Shown piece by piece: positions 16,275-27,149 of a DNA stretch of 42,130 nt. This DNA comes from a virus: UHGV virus genome UHGV-0207969; one strand, 5' to 3'. A model generated the notes under the pieces. That model worked only from the letters and a program-made list of their open reading frames with translations, ran no database searches and was not told where the DNA came from. The translations under genes were made by a program, and so were the position numbers. Every line of letters starts with the position of its first letter. Position 1 is the stretch's first letter.

Positions 16275-17219
16275 TTATAGCAAGTTATTGTTTAGTCTTC
16301 TTTGTAATGCAGATACAACGTTGGAAACGGGGCTGATAATACCGTCTGGCGTAGTACCGAACCTTTTCTGAAGCGCTTTGATTGTGGCTTGTCCCATCAA
16401 TCCATCTTGAGAAACTCCTAACATTTTCTGTAATGCACGAATTACATTAGATCCTCTCAATGTTTGATCGAATTGCGCAGCATAGATATTTTGATTAAAT
16501 TTCTGCTTATACTGATGACTGACGACACCGTCTTGCGTTGTCCCGAAATATTGCTGCAACCGTCTTGCAGTTGCTGGACCAAACTTACCATCTACTGTTA
16601 ACTGACTATAGCTAGGCTTAGCAGTGCTGGATGCAGATCCGCTGTTAGATGTGCTAGGTTTAGTGGTTGTTGTGTTGTTGCTAGTAGCCTTACCAAACAC
16701 TGCTTCTTTAAACCGCTCCAACTCGCTAGGTTTTGCGACCCATGGAGCTGGGCAGTTCTTGCCAGTAACATCATAATGTCGCCAAATCTTATTTCGAGTG
16801 ATATTTGGATATTTTGCGATCAGTTCTTTGACAGCTTTAACAGTATTCTGGAATGTTTTTTCAGTGATATTTCCATTTCTATCCAAGCACATCTCCACGC
16901 CAATAGCGCCATAATTAGCATTACCGATTTGTGAATACAAAGGCTTGTAGATAGATCCATCAGAATTGTATTTAACCGTATCGTTTGCGTGGTAAGCGAC
17001 CTCATCTAATGGAATGATACAAATAGCTTCATTGTCATCTACAAACAACTGAGCGGAAGCATAAACGCCATTCAGATTGTTGAAGTAGTCTTTGTGATTT
17101 CGGGCAGTACCGCCATTGTTAGCCGTGTAATGCATGATAATTCCTTTGATACCATAGTTCTTGATTCCTGGACGAGAAAACTTGTTGATTCTGATATATT
17201 CGTATTTGATGAAACTCAT
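16275..17219 (-). CDS. endolysin: N-acetylmuramoyl-L-alanine amidase (Amidase_2/PGRP) with C-terminal cell-wall-binding repeats
   Basis: IMHYTANNGGTARNHKDYF...AYHAN...VTGKNCP amidase_2 motifs. Three C-terminal repeats (GTTQDGVVS, GVSQDGLMG, GTTPDGIIS). Confidence 0.85.
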   Translation of the reverse strand: MSFIKYEYIRINKFSRPGIKNYGIKGIIMHYTANNGGTARNHKDYFNNLNGVYASAQLFVDDNEAICIIPLDEVAYHANDTVKYNSDGSIYKPLYSQIGNANYGAIGVEMCLDRNGNITEKTFQNTVKAVKELIAKYPNITRNKIWRHYDVTGKNCPAPWVAKPSELERFKEAVFGKATSNNTTTTKPSTSNSGSASSTAKPSYSQLTVDGKFGPATARRLQQYFGTTQDGVVSHQYKQKFNQNIYAAQFDQTLRGSNVIRALQKMLGVSQDGLMGQATIKALQKRFGTTPDGIISPVSNVVSALQRRLNNNLL

Positions 17220-17252
17220 TTATATCATCCTTTCTAAATTAAAAAGAGCGGC

Positions 17253-17588
17253 TTATTCAGCCACTCCTTGGTCAACGCCATCTTTCATCCCTTTTACAGC
17301 GGATTCGATTAACAGATTCAGCTCTTCTTCAGTGAACTTGATGCCATTTTTGTTAAATAGTTCTACTAACTGAGCTTTTGCTTCTTGCAACTTAGCATCT
17401 CCGTTTGCTTCTGTGTAAACTTGCTGAACTGCCGATACAACGATCGCCACATAGTTTTTCTTACTTTCCAACTGAGCTAAGACACCTTTCTTCTTCAAGT
17501 ACTCTGAACCCTTTTGGCCAATAAAGGCAGCAACCAAACCAACCACAACAATCAATAAATTTAACAATGCGTCTTGTAATGCTTCCAT
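17253..17588 (-). CDS. holin (putative)
   Basis: 111 aa with one N-terminal TM (LLNLLIVVVGLVAAFIG) and a charged C-terminal region. Sits immediately upstream of the endolysin. Confidence 0.55.
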   Translation of the reverse strand: MEALQDALLNLLIVVVGLVAAFIGQKGSEYLKKKGVLAQLESKKNYVAIVVSAVQQVYTEANGDAKLQEAKAQLVELFNKNGIKFTEEELNLLIESAVKGMKDGVDQGVAE

Positions 17589-18005
17589 CTAAATTCCACC
17601 TTTCAAAATAGTGTTCTCGTTTTTCAATGTTTCGTTTTCTCCTTCGAGTTCTTGAATGCGTTCATCACGCTCTTCAACTTGCAACTCAAGAAACCCAATT
17701 TGTTCCTTGTACGCCGTCACTTGCTTTTCATGCTCTTTCTTAAACTCTCGGAATTCTGATCTAACCGCTGCTAGTTCGTCCTTAAACTCCTTCACTTGCA
17801 ATCGATAGCCTTCAATAATGTTCCCCATATTTTGGATATACAAAGCTTCTGCGTTGTTATCCCCTTCGGTTTTCACTTCTTCAACTTTGTTCTTCCCCTG
17901 CATTTTTGTTAATGCTTTTGGGCCAAAATATCCCGACACGAACACACCAACCAATGTTAATAATTGAGGCAGTCCGCTATCCCAAAATTTATCCATCGAA
18001 TCCAT
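17589..18005 (-). CDS. membrane-anchored coiled-coil protein (possible lysis accessory or XhlA-like)
   Basis: N-terminal TM (LLTLVGVFVSGYFG) followed by a coiled coil. Adjacent to the holin. Confidence 0.4.
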   Translation of the reverse strand: MDSMDKFWDSGLPQLLTLVGVFVSGYFGPKALTKMQGKNKVEEVKTEGDNNAEALYIQNMGNIIEGYRLQVKEFKDELAAVRSEFREFKKEHEKQVTAYKEQIGFLELQVEERDERIQELEGENETLKNENTILKGGI

Positions 18006-18477
18006 CCTTTATGACGATTTCTTGCTGGTGTGACTTAATTATGTTAGTACTCTCAGCAGCAATAATGAAACAGTAAATAAAAGAGGGGTTTGTGCTACCT
18101 TCGAGAAATGTAATTAAGAAACACAATCCAAGTAAGATCCATAGGAATAACAGAACAAAGTATAAAGGGAGCTTGAGATAAACATTATCAATTACCAATC
18201 CAATAAGTTTCAAACCACCGATGATGATAAACATCAAGCCAAAATAACGACCACCAATAAATCCGAAGATATTATTGATAGCCGTATATGCGTTTGAATA
18301 TGAAAGGATATTTGAGTTAAAAAAGTGATAGAGCCCGTAACTGATTGATCCTAGAGAGAAAGCGAAAGAGGTACTTCGTTTATTAATATAACTGAGTATA
18401 TACCTAATTAATTCCCACATATGCCACCTACTTCCTAAAATATAATCCACAACACTACTAGCCAAAAAAGCAGACAA
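17989..18477 (-). CDS. polytopic membrane protein, hypothetical
   Basis: Several hydrophobic helices. Probable start is the internal ATG (MWELIRY) after AGGTGG. Confidence 0.4.
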   Translation of the reverse strand: MSAFLASSVVDYILGSRWHMWELIRYILSYINKRSTSFAFSLGSISYGLYHFFNSNILSYSNAYTAINNIFGFIGGRYFGLMFIIIGGLKLIGLVIDNVYLKLPLYFVLLFLWILLGLCFLITFLEGSTNPSFIYCFIIAAESTNIIKSHQQEIVIKDGFDG

Positions 18478-18653
18478 CCAATTAAGATTATCCGCCGGAC
18501 ATTATGCCGTTTCATTATTCTCCTTTCCGCAAATTAAAAGAGACCAACCGAAGTTAGTCTCTAGCTTTCATTGATACTTTCATTTACCGCGCCTTATGGT
18601 TCTGCTCCCACTTCGGTTATGTCGTAGTTTTCTCCTACTACGTTAATTTATAT

Positions 18654-20768
18654 TTATAAAACTCCTGGGTATAGACTTGTTTCACTAAAGTAACGAATGT
18701 TGAATGTGAGGTAGTTCGCATTTGCGCTTTGATGCCAACCCGAACTCGGCGCAGGAATGATTATGTGGTTTCCTCCATATGCATTTGCCTCTGCCTCTGT
18801 CGCAAATCGAGCTTTAAAATTATACATATCGGGACTCCCCGCGCCAACCGAAACAGGGAATGAAAATGTGAAATCTCCGGTTGTAGGTCTAGTATAAAAA
18901 TCATTTAGAGAATTGAAACTGTCTAGCGGCAACTTTATCTTTATTGGCTCATTTTGGATGTTAACTGTGAACCTAATTTTCACATGCCACTCGCTGACCA
19001 TCCCTAATCTGTAAAAGATAGACCTTGAAGCGCTTGTTTGCTCCGTTATTTGATCTGACAAACTAACGATATTAACATCTTGTGGATGATACCCCAAATC
19101 AAACACTCTTCTTGTGTAAGCTGTTCCACCTGGGCCGTCAAATATAATCCCCGCGTCTGGCTGATACCTCTCGCCATGCAATATTCTGGAGTTAGCGCTG
19201 TATTCCAGCGGTTGTCTGTTCGCTCTCGGAAACGTTACTTTAAGCGTGGCAGATGTGTCGTCTTTTATCATTCCGCTAGTAAATCTGAATCTGAAACCCG
19301 TCGAATAAATGTCCCAATCAACCGCTTCGTGGGCAAACTCGGTAAAGTTGTTATATTGCCCGCCCAACGCTACAATGGCACACGCTTTTCCGTTGAGTTC
19401 TGTTGGTAGTTGTGCAGGGGCATCCCCTATTGCTTGTGCAGGGGTAATACCTTCCGCAAAAACTCTATTGAACATATTACCGTCTCCATCTTCGATTAAA
19501 TAGCCAATCCACGAACGATTCACCCTAACAGAATCGAAAGTATTACGGTTATTATAAAAACTGCTTGTAAATAATCCTGGCATTAAATGGATTCCGATTT
19601 GTGATTGAGATATGTGAACATCTCTCGTTTTGTTATATGCATTTCCTCCACCATGCTGATATAAGACGGCCGTTCCATTATCATATAGCCATAACTTTTC
19701 CATTATATTCATGCTCACATGACTACCTACTGTTGTTCTTGGGTCTTGCCCTAAATATAGACCGACATCCCCACCTTGAATTGAAAGGTTTGAAAGCGTA
19801 TTGTTTGAACCATGCAAAGCAAGAACCGCTTGATCCGACATATTTCCACCTGTATAATTAGCAGGCCTTTTTAGATTTTTACCTAACAAAATAGTATCTT
19901 TACCTGCACCGTATATCGTTATTCCCGGTCTGAAATTGTACGATACTTGATGCCTTGTTCGTAAAGTTTGCGAAACATAGTAAACGCCCTCTGGGATATA
20001 AAGCGGTCTATTTAATGTTTCGGAAAGTACGATTGCATCCTGTAACGCTGCCCAATCATCGGTTACACCGTCACCTTTTGCACCTTGACTTTTTGCATTA
20101 ACAACCTTCGCCGTTTGTGCCAACTGCGCGTTAAATTCCTGTTCTTTATTATCTAATCTTGCTTTTAAATTAGGATGAGTGACCCCATCGGCGGAATCTC
20201 GTGCATCAATTAATTCTGTCAAAATTACACCGCCGGGGTCAACACTTTCCAATATTTCGCGGTTTTGTTCCACGAACTCTTCCCAAGAAATTTTTCCCGA
20301 ATCTTGGTAATCCAAAAACTTACGATACAATTCTTTAAACGTCCACCAATAGTTTGAATCTTTAAATGGCTGTGTATAAATAGATTTCTCAACTGTATAG
20401 AAAAATGATCTAGTACTAAATTGTTCGATCCATTCGCCGTTAGAAAGTTCTTTCCTGAAACTGAAGTAAGCTTCATTTCGCCCTACCATTTGCATCGCAT
20501 TAGCAGAAACAGTATATTTCAAAGTTCCTTTTGAAGCATTGTATTCTGTAACAGGCTCTTCAGATACACCTTGCCCTGTAACTTCTCTTGCCAAAAGACA
20601 AAAAAATGGTTTTAAACCTTCAAAATTTTTAATCATACCATGCTCTAATATCACGGCATCAAAGACTTGTGTCTCATCATCCGCCTGACGTACCTTAATA
20701 TCTCCAACTAAATTGAAGTCGGTCATCGATAGAGTTATTTTATGTGTTATCGTTGCCAAATCCATCAC
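18654..20768 (-). CDS. tail spike / receptor-binding protein with pectate-lyase-like beta-helix (putative depolymerase)
   Basis: AKSQGAKGDGVTDDWAALQDAI signature of pectate_lyase_3-type beta-helix proteins. 704 aa, downstream of Tal. Confidence 0.65.
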   Translation of the reverse strand: MMDLATITHKITLSMTDFNLVGDIKVRQADDETQVFDAVILEHGMIKNFEGLKPFFCLLAREVTGQGVSEEPVTEYNASKGTLKYTVSANAMQMVGRNEAYFSFRKELSNGEWIEQFSTRSFFYTVEKSIYTQPFKDSNYWWTFKELYRKFLDYQDSGKISWEEFVEQNREILESVDPGGVILTELIDARDSADGVTHPNLKARLDNKEQEFNAQLAQTAKVVNAKSQGAKGDGVTDDWAALQDAIVLSETLNRPLYIPEGVYYVSQTLRTRHQVSYNFRPGITIYGAGKDTILLGKNLKRPANYTGGNMSDQAVLALHGSNNTLSNLSIQGGDVGLYLGQDPRTTVGSHVSMNIMEKLWLYDNGTAVLYQHGGGNAYNKTRDVHISQSQIGIHLMPGLFTSSFYNNRNTFDSVRVNRSWIGYLIEDGDGNMFNRVFAEGITPAQAIGDAPAQLPTELNGKACAIVALGGQYNNFTEFAHEAVDWDIYSTGFRFRFTSGMIKDDTSATLKVTFPRANRQPLEYSANSRILHGERYQPDAGIIFDGPGGTAYTRRVFDLGYHPQDVNIVSLSDQITEQTSASRSIFYRLGMVSEWHVKIRFTVNIQNEPIKIKLPLDSFNSLNDFYTRPTTGDFTFSFPVSVGAGSPDMYNFKARFATEAEANAYGGNHIIIPAPSSGWHQSANANYLTFNIRYFSETSLYPGVL

Positions 20769-20770
20769 TC

Positions 20771-23629
20771 CTAAAAATTAATATATTCCCGAGGATTAAT
20801 AAAATCACTGTTTGAAGGCCAAGGGCCATTTCTAAAGAATTGAAAATGCAGATGAGGACCTGTGCTAGGACCTGTAGTCCCCATGTTACCGATTTGCTGC
20901 CCCTGGTTGACTGTATCGCCGACAGAAACTTTAAGTTGGCTTTGATGTGCATACCCTGTGTAAAGTCCATCAGAGTGCTTGATGACAACATAATTACCAT
21001 ACCAATCAGGGTAGCTTCCAGCTATAACCACTTCACCAGCAGCGGATGCATAAATCGGCGTAGTAGCATTTCCATTTACAAGGTCAATTCCGTTATGCAG
21101 CTCGTATAATCCGCTAATCGGATGATATCTATAACCGAACTCACTAGTCACTGTTACTGGTTTACTAATCGGAATTACATATCCTGAGCTTTCATTCACT
21201 TTCACATATTGACGTATCATCGCTGCATAATGAAAGTTACCACCATTTACATACAGATACGTTCTGCCATCTGCTTGAGATACAGCATTCACATATGGAT
21301 AAGTTGCACCAGTTGTATTCCCTAGTGAAGGAGCAACAACTGTTCTTGAATAAACCTCAGCCAAATCAGTGGTATTTACTCCACCTCTATTTGAGAGCCA
21401 AGGGATATATGCGCTACCGAAGTTGTATCCTTGCATTACTCCCCAAATGTCTACGTTTTGATCCTGACCGTTTTTAATTTGTTGGGCTAGATGTTTACAC
21501 CCTTGTTTTACCGACGCTTCACCTGTAAGATAACCGGGACCAGGATAGCCTGCTGATTCAGAAGACTGCATGATATCATCTGTGCCGTCAGTGCCAGGGT
21601 TTTCTACCATAATTAGCGCATATGCTAGTCCGATGTAATCCGAAATACCGTAAAGTTTCGTATACTTTTCAAGCCAAGCAACGATATTCGCATTGCCGGT
21701 TATATTGCTGCCTATATTAATTGGATCATATGTTGCACCACCGGGACCAACCCCACCGCCAGAACCGCCGGGGTAAACTTGTTGACCTTGGATTCTAATT
21801 TGACCCTGCACATCTAAGTCGCCCGTTATACGGACATTTCCTTGGTGTGTAACATCTCCACGATAAATCCCCGATCCATCTCCAAGAAATACCCATCCAT
21901 ATCCTTCTTTTGTCGAGATAAGAATGTACTTTCCATCGCCTTCTGTTTTAATTACAAGAGAGTTATCTTCAAGTGGTGTGGGAGTTGAAGCTTCTGGAAA
22001 AGGATTGCCAGCTGAGTCGGTCGTCCCGATAGTTCCAATTTGTCGGTTGGCTCCCCAGAACTCCATCCCTTTGCTGGTTAACTCCATAATCTTTTTGCCG
22101 TTTTTCATTGCTTGCAACGATCCTGCTGACAATTTCAAAATCTCACCTAGCTTGTTAAACGATGTTTCGAAAATATCAGCAATAATTGATCCGGTTTGGA
22201 TAAAGTCAGCATTGAATTTCCCGTCAATTGTCCAAGCTGTTTTAAATGGGCTAGTGTAGAAATCGCCGTCTATAAATCCAATCCCATCCGAATTAGCAAC
22301 TAAGAAATGGCTTGAAGTTAGAATAGAATCGCCGTCCATCCATACCATCTGAAATGGCTGCCGACTTTCTCCTCGCTGAGGATGATTGGCAGGATAATCA
22401 GATGGCGACATCAAAATAACCGCACCGCCATGAGCGCCACGGATGATATCTGATTGCCATTTGCTGATTTCAGTTGAATCATAGAACGTCATTTTGGTTT
22501 CAGCTAAATTGGTTACACTATTTTGAACACTTGCTGCTTGCCTAGTGCTTGACGTGTTCAAGTTATCGCCTAATCCACATTCTACCTTGTTCCTGATACG
22601 ATCGATTTTGACACTGAAAACACGAGTTTTGTAGTGATAGTTCTTGTCTGATCGGTGGATGGTTACTGTGTTACCGATTGAATCCCCACCCAGTACAGAG
22701 GTTTTGAATTGAATGAGCGGCCGAGAATATTCTACGAGATTCTCATAGGTCGCTTGCAGCAACTCTTTAGGGTCCTCAATATCCTCCAAAATCAGAACAG
22801 TTTCACGTTTACGCTTACTTCCGTTCTTCATCGGTATGCCGTAAAGTGCTGTCATTTCAGGGTATTCAATCCAATTTTGCCCTTTGGGTTTATCTAACGG
22901 ATTGCCGTTGGACTTTTTCCATTCGATGTCAGTGAATTCAATTCTCCGTCCATAGCCGTCCCCGACCTCTTCGCCTTTACCCCGTCCGATAATCGAGGTA
23001 TATAGTTGCGATCGATCTCTTTGACGTACGACTTCAAGTGCATTTGATCCATATACGAATCGTTTATTACTGAATATCCCAATCTGCTTATAAATTTCAA
23101 TCCATTTATCTGTGATTTTGTTGCCATCGATTTTACATTTAAAGACTATCTCACAGCCAAACGTCTGCAATTGTTTTAATGCATCTTTAACGCTTAAGTA
23201 ATAAAATGTTCCTGAAATTGCTGGAAGCGTAGGATCGACATAACCCACACGCCACTCAGAATTTGTATAACCAAGAATCTGTTCTGCTACTTGTTTGATA
23301 CTTCGATTGCTAGGGCGCATATCAAGCACGATAAACGAATGCAATTCATCTACTGCAAAGTTAACCCCTGTAAAGCTTAAACGTCCTCTAGGGTCGCTAT
23401 CAGCGGTTATTTTGTACATCGAGAACGAATCATCATTTTCTCGAACAGCCATAAAAGCAGCATCTCGAATTTTCTTATCATCCAATACACTAACGCTCAA
23501 AGTATCGTTCATCAGCTCGCTTTTATCTGCTGTGATTTCTTTCGACTGGACGGATTCAATAATTTTGCTTTCTCCGCACACTTTTAGCAGTTCTTGTTCA
23601 TCATTAAGAAAGTAAATGCTTTCGCTCAT
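20771..23629 (-). CDS. tail-associated lysin (Tal): tail endopeptidase with lysozyme-like and C-terminal M23 peptidase domains
   Basis: 952 aa. C-terminal M23 motif GNYVVIKHSDGLYTGYAHQS...GPHLHFQF. Internal lysozyme-like region. Position after Dit. Confidence 0.8.
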   Translation of the reverse strand: MSESIYFLNDEQELLKVCGESKIIESVQSKEITADKSELMNDTLSVSVLDDKKIRDAAFMAVRENDDSFSMYKITADSDPRGRLSFTGVNFAVDELHSFIVLDMRPSNRSIKQVAEQILGYTNSEWRVGYVDPTLPAISGTFYYLSVKDALKQLQTFGCEIVFKCKIDGNKITDKWIEIYKQIGIFSNKRFVYGSNALEVVRQRDRSQLYTSIIGRGKGEEVGDGYGRRIEFTDIEWKKSNGNPLDKPKGQNWIEYPEMTALYGIPMKNGSKRKRETVLILEDIEDPKELLQATYENLVEYSRPLIQFKTSVLGGDSIGNTVTIHRSDKNYHYKTRVFSVKIDRIRNKVECGLGDNLNTSSTRQAASVQNSVTNLAETKMTFYDSTEISKWQSDIIRGAHGGAVILMSPSDYPANHPQRGESRQPFQMVWMDGDSILTSSHFLVANSDGIGFIDGDFYTSPFKTAWTIDGKFNADFIQTGSIIADIFETSFNKLGEILKLSAGSLQAMKNGKKIMELTSKGMEFWGANRQIGTIGTTDSAGNPFPEASTPTPLEDNSLVIKTEGDGKYILISTKEGYGWVFLGDGSGIYRGDVTHQGNVRITGDLDVQGQIRIQGQQVYPGGSGGGVGPGGATYDPINIGSNITGNANIVAWLEKYTKLYGISDYIGLAYALIMVENPGTDGTDDIMQSSESAGYPGPGYLTGEASVKQGCKHLAQQIKNGQDQNVDIWGVMQGYNFGSAYIPWLSNRGGVNTTDLAEVYSRTVVAPSLGNTTGATYPYVNAVSQADGRTYLYVNGGNFHYAAMIRQYVKVNESSGYVIPISKPVTVTSEFGYRYHPISGLYELHNGIDLVNGNATTPIYASAAGEVVIAGSYPDWYGNYVVIKHSDGLYTGYAHQSQLKVSVGDTVNQGQQIGNMGTTGPSTGPHLHFQFFRNGPWPSNSDFINPREYINF

Positions 23630-24408
23630 AGCGCCACCACCCGATAGAATACTTCAAGAGATCCATTGTTTGTCTTAACAACATCCCCTTTTTTGATATA
23701 GAAATCTTCAAGTTGTCCGCCTGCCCAATCTAAGATATTGGTTTTATCTACACCGTTCACATACACACTACCTTCTTTGTTTCGAAACTCAACGACATCT
23801 CCCGCAACGATACTTGCGCCTGTGATCGACATCGAGAGTGAGCCATTCGTTACTTTAACGCTTGTTGGTGCACTCAATTTAACTCTTACGACATCAGGGA
23901 CGATCGTGTATGGAATATACGTGGCAATTTCGCCATTTGATTTATATTGCTTTGAATACTTTCTAGGATCAGCGCAATAGATATCAAAACTTGAAACGAT
24001 TCTGTTTGTGTCGCCTGCAACGGTATTAGCAGATGAAAACCGACCGTGATAGGTGTAGTCTAATTCATCGTTGAATTGAATCGGAACATCTTTTGTTTTG
24101 TAGAGATACCACATCAATAGATCAAACTTTTTTTGTAGTTTTTCTGGATCGTTATCTTCGAGTTTGTATTTCACTGTCAGCGTCCTTGAAGGCAAGGTCT
24201 GGTTCGTGATAATGCTTCCGACTTGGGTTGATTCTGATTCAATACCCACAGAAATCAGTTCTCTCCCTTCGACTGACAATGTTTGATATCCTTCGATTAC
24301 CTTCTCAAATAGAACGCCATCATAATACATAGCGGAAGTAGGAATGTACTCCGGTATGTATCGTTCATTTTTCTGTGTGTCCATAAACGGATACATTCTG
24401 TTTTCCAT
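23626..24408 (-). CDS. distal tail protein (Dit)
   Basis: 260 aa between the tape measure gene and Tal. Start overlaps the stop of the upstream gene. Confidence 0.6.
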   Translation of the reverse strand: MENRMYPFMDTQKNERYIPEYIPTSAMYYDGVLFEKVIEGYQTLSVEGRELISVGIESESTQVGSIITNQTLPSRTLTVKYKLEDNDPEKLQKKFDLLMWYLYKTKDVPIQFNDELDYTYHGRFSSANTVAGDTNRIVSSFDIYCADPRKYSKQYKSNGEIATYIPYTIVPDVVRVKLSAPTSVKVTNGSLSMSITGASIVAGDVVEFRNKEGSVYVNGVDKTNILDWAGGQLEDFYIKKGDVVKTNNGSLEVFYRVVAL

Positions 24409-24418
24409 TTCCTACCTC

Positions 24419-27133
24419 CTAAAATTGCATATTTACATTAATTCCGTTACCTTGCGCTTCATTGATATCCTCAACAAAGGCTTGAAACACTTGATTGCCT
24501 AACTGAATGTTAAACAATGCTGGTTTGCTATTCGTTCCATAGCTGACTTCATGTTGGACTTGCGTTTGAATCTGGCTATTGACTGCCGATATACGATTGC
24601 CAATATCCATATTCGATGCACGGTCTGCAATTTGCGAAGATGCGCGATCAACATAGCGAGCGCCGTCTAACATACCTTCTGCTAAACCTTGCGAAGTGAA
24701 CATACCTAATTCAGCCATCACACGTGAAGGAGAGTGGATATTCAGCACATCTTTGATCTTTCCAGTAATAGAACCAGCAACATCTTTGACTGCATTCACT
24801 ACATCATCAATCTTGCTTCTGATTCCATTTACTAATCCATCGATGATATCTTTCCCAATTTGCAACAGGTCAATTTGTCTGATTGTATCAAAGGTTTCTT
24901 TTACTCTGTCTACGGCATTTGAAACGCCGGTTTTCATGTCTTCCCAAGCTTGTGCTGCACCGTCTACAATGCTCTTCGCTGTATTAATGACAGCGTTCTT
25001 GGTATTTTCCCAAGCAGTCGTGACACCGTCTTTGATCGCATTCCACATATTGATTGTGTTTGTCTTAATAGACTCCCACAGATCAACAAAGAACTGTTTC
25101 ACGCTATTCCAAGTGTCAACCGCACCTTGTTTCATGCTTTCCCATGTTTCAGATAACCATGTTTTTAAGGCGTTCCAAGCGTCAATTGTGCCTTGTTTGA
25201 TATTGTTCCATGTCTCAACAAAGAAAGCTACAATACTGTTAAATGTATCAATCGCAATCGTTTGAATTGTTGTCCATATATAGGCTAGTGCGGCTTTAAT
25301 ACCATTCCAGATATTCAAGAATGCCATCTGCGTGTTAGTTAAGAAACTATCAAATATTGCTTTGATAGACGTCCATATGTTTATAGCTGCGGTTTGGATG
25401 TTGTTCCATACACCTATCATGTTATTTTTAGCTTCTTCCCAACCACCCGATATTAGAGAAGTCACGAATAGCACTGGAGCTAGAATAACGTTTTTCATAA
25501 TTTCAAATATCTGGCCAGCAATCTTCACTAAATTTGTCCAAAGTGTTTTCAGGAAAAAGCTCATATGGATAAACGCATTTCGAACACCGTACACAAGAGT
25601 TCCGAAACGGCTCATGATTCCATCTGCAATTCCTTTAACGATAGAAGTGACTGTTGATTTGATACCGTTCCACAAATCAGCAAACCAATCTGTAACGCTA
25701 TTCCATGCAGACACAACACTGTCTACCGCATCATTAAATACTTGCTTTGTACCTTCCCACATTGCAGCAGCTGAATCTTCGATACCTTGCCATAAATCAG
25801 CAAACCATTGCTTCGTATCAGCCCACGCTTGTTTAACTCTCTCTACGGCGTTTTTAGCGCCTTCTGATAACGCATTCCAACCATCAGCAAAGAATTGCTT
25901 TGTGCCTTCCCATGCTGATACAATCCAGTCAATTGCAGCCCCTACAGCACTTTTGATTGTTTCCCATAGACCAATCCAGAAATTCCTAAAATCTTCGCTA
26001 GTATTCCATAGGTAAATAAAACCAGCTACTAAGGCAATAACTGCTGCAATTACTAATCCAATTGGATTCAAGTTCATCAAAACATTCATCATCTTCTGTG
26101 CGCCGTTATATAATTCAACAGCTTTTCTTGCTGTACCCATTACGCCTTGATAAATGGCTATGTAACTTACTATGGCCATGATAAAAGGCAAGAACGGCTT
26201 TATAGTTGACCATAAATTAGTCAAAAAGCTTATTGCTGGCGGAATGCTGTCGGTGATCGCTTTGAAAGCTACGTTTACTGCCCCTTTGATCTTGTCGAAG
26301 TTTTCAGCAATCGATCCAAGCCCAGCGTCTTGCATTCCTTCATCAATCGCTGTGATCACATTCGCCAAACCTTTTACAACTGCTGTTTTGATGTTCGCAA
26401 AGGAAGTCCTTATACCAGCTGAGTTCTTTTGGGCTAATTCAGCAAATCCACCGACACCTTCGTTTAGGTCGATTAAACGACTGTTAAAATCATCAAAAGT
26501 AATATCACCTTTCTTCAGGGCAGCATATAAGTCATTTGCTGAGTTAACGCCTTGATCACTAAAGGATTTCGATACTTTATCCATAGCGATTGGCATAGTC
26601 TCAAGCAAAGATCGCCAAGACTGAAGGTCGACTTCTCCTTTTGAGAGCATTTGTTGGTATTGCTGTGCCCCACGACTTGCATCAGCTGCAGAAGCACCGC
26701 TGGCCAAGAATGCATTGTTCAACGCGATCGCTGTGTCTGTACCTGTTTGCAAATCACCCGTTGAAATAGCTAGCTGTTGAGCTCTAGATACAATTTCATC
26801 TAAACTTGTTGGCAATCCGTCTATTCCGTCTGTCAGTTTGTTCATGGATTTGTCTATTTCTTCGGTGGAATAACCTAATGCTTGCATTACGACCGGGTAT
26901 TTGTTCAATGTGTCGAAACGATCAATCGCACCACCTAATGAACTAGTAACTAATCCAATAGCATTGTCAATCAATTTAAAAACCCCGATACCTTTAGCGA
27001 TATCGAGGATAGAAGTATTCGTTTTTTGAGTGCTGCTATCTAAGTTGTTCATCGAACTATCAGCATTCTTCATGGTAGAAGAAAAATTCTTGTCGACAGC
27101 CGAAAGGATCGCTTCAACGCTATATGATTCCAT
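24419..27133 (-). CDS. tail tape measure protein
   Basis: 904 aa. Central hydrophobic segments and many periodic W-containing repeats (AWADTKQWFADLW, AWNSVTDWFADLWNGIK, and others). Follows the chaperone genes. Confidence 0.85.
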   Translation of the reverse strand: MESYSVEAILSAVDKNFSSTMKNADSSMNNLDSSTQKTNTSILDIAKGIGVFKLIDNAIGLVTSSLGGAIDRFDTLNKYPVVMQALGYSTEEIDKSMNKLTDGIDGLPTSLDEIVSRAQQLAISTGDLQTGTDTAIALNNAFLASGASAADASRGAQQYQQMLSKGEVDLQSWRSLLETMPIAMDKVSKSFSDQGVNSANDLYAALKKGDITFDDFNSRLIDLNEGVGGFAELAQKNSAGIRTSFANIKTAVVKGLANVITAIDEGMQDAGLGSIAENFDKIKGAVNVAFKAITDSIPPAISFLTNLWSTIKPFLPFIMAIVSYIAIYQGVMGTARKAVELYNGAQKMMNVLMNLNPIGLVIAAVIALVAGFIYLWNTSEDFRNFWIGLWETIKSAVGAAIDWIVSAWEGTKQFFADGWNALSEGAKNAVERVKQAWADTKQWFADLWQGIEDSAAAMWEGTKQVFNDAVDSVVSAWNSVTDWFADLWNGIKSTVTSIVKGIADGIMSRFGTLVYGVRNAFIHMSFFLKTLWTNLVKIAGQIFEIMKNVILAPVLFVTSLISGGWEEAKNNMIGVWNNIQTAAINIWTSIKAIFDSFLTNTQMAFLNIWNGIKAALAYIWTTIQTIAIDTFNSIVAFFVETWNNIKQGTIDAWNALKTWLSETWESMKQGAVDTWNSVKQFFVDLWESIKTNTINMWNAIKDGVTTAWENTKNAVINTAKSIVDGAAQAWEDMKTGVSNAVDRVKETFDTIRQIDLLQIGKDIIDGLVNGIRSKIDDVVNAVKDVAGSITGKIKDVLNIHSPSRVMAELGMFTSQGLAEGMLDGARYVDRASSQIADRASNMDIGNRISAVNSQIQTQVQHEVSYGTNSKPALFNIQLGNQVFQAFVEDINEAQGNGINVNMQF

Positions 27134-27149
27134 AGTTTTCCTCCTTTCC

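Noticed and set aside
20740-21000. 86-aa minus-strand ORF overlapping the Tal 3' end and the tail spike 5' end
   Set aside because: Lies in an alternative frame across two well-supported long genes. No RBS. Likely spurious.
24696-26555. Long plus-strand ORFs (189, 227 and 127 aa) inside the tape measure gene
   Set aside because: Antisense to a 904-aa gene with clear tape-measure features. Low-complexity reading frames. No RBS.
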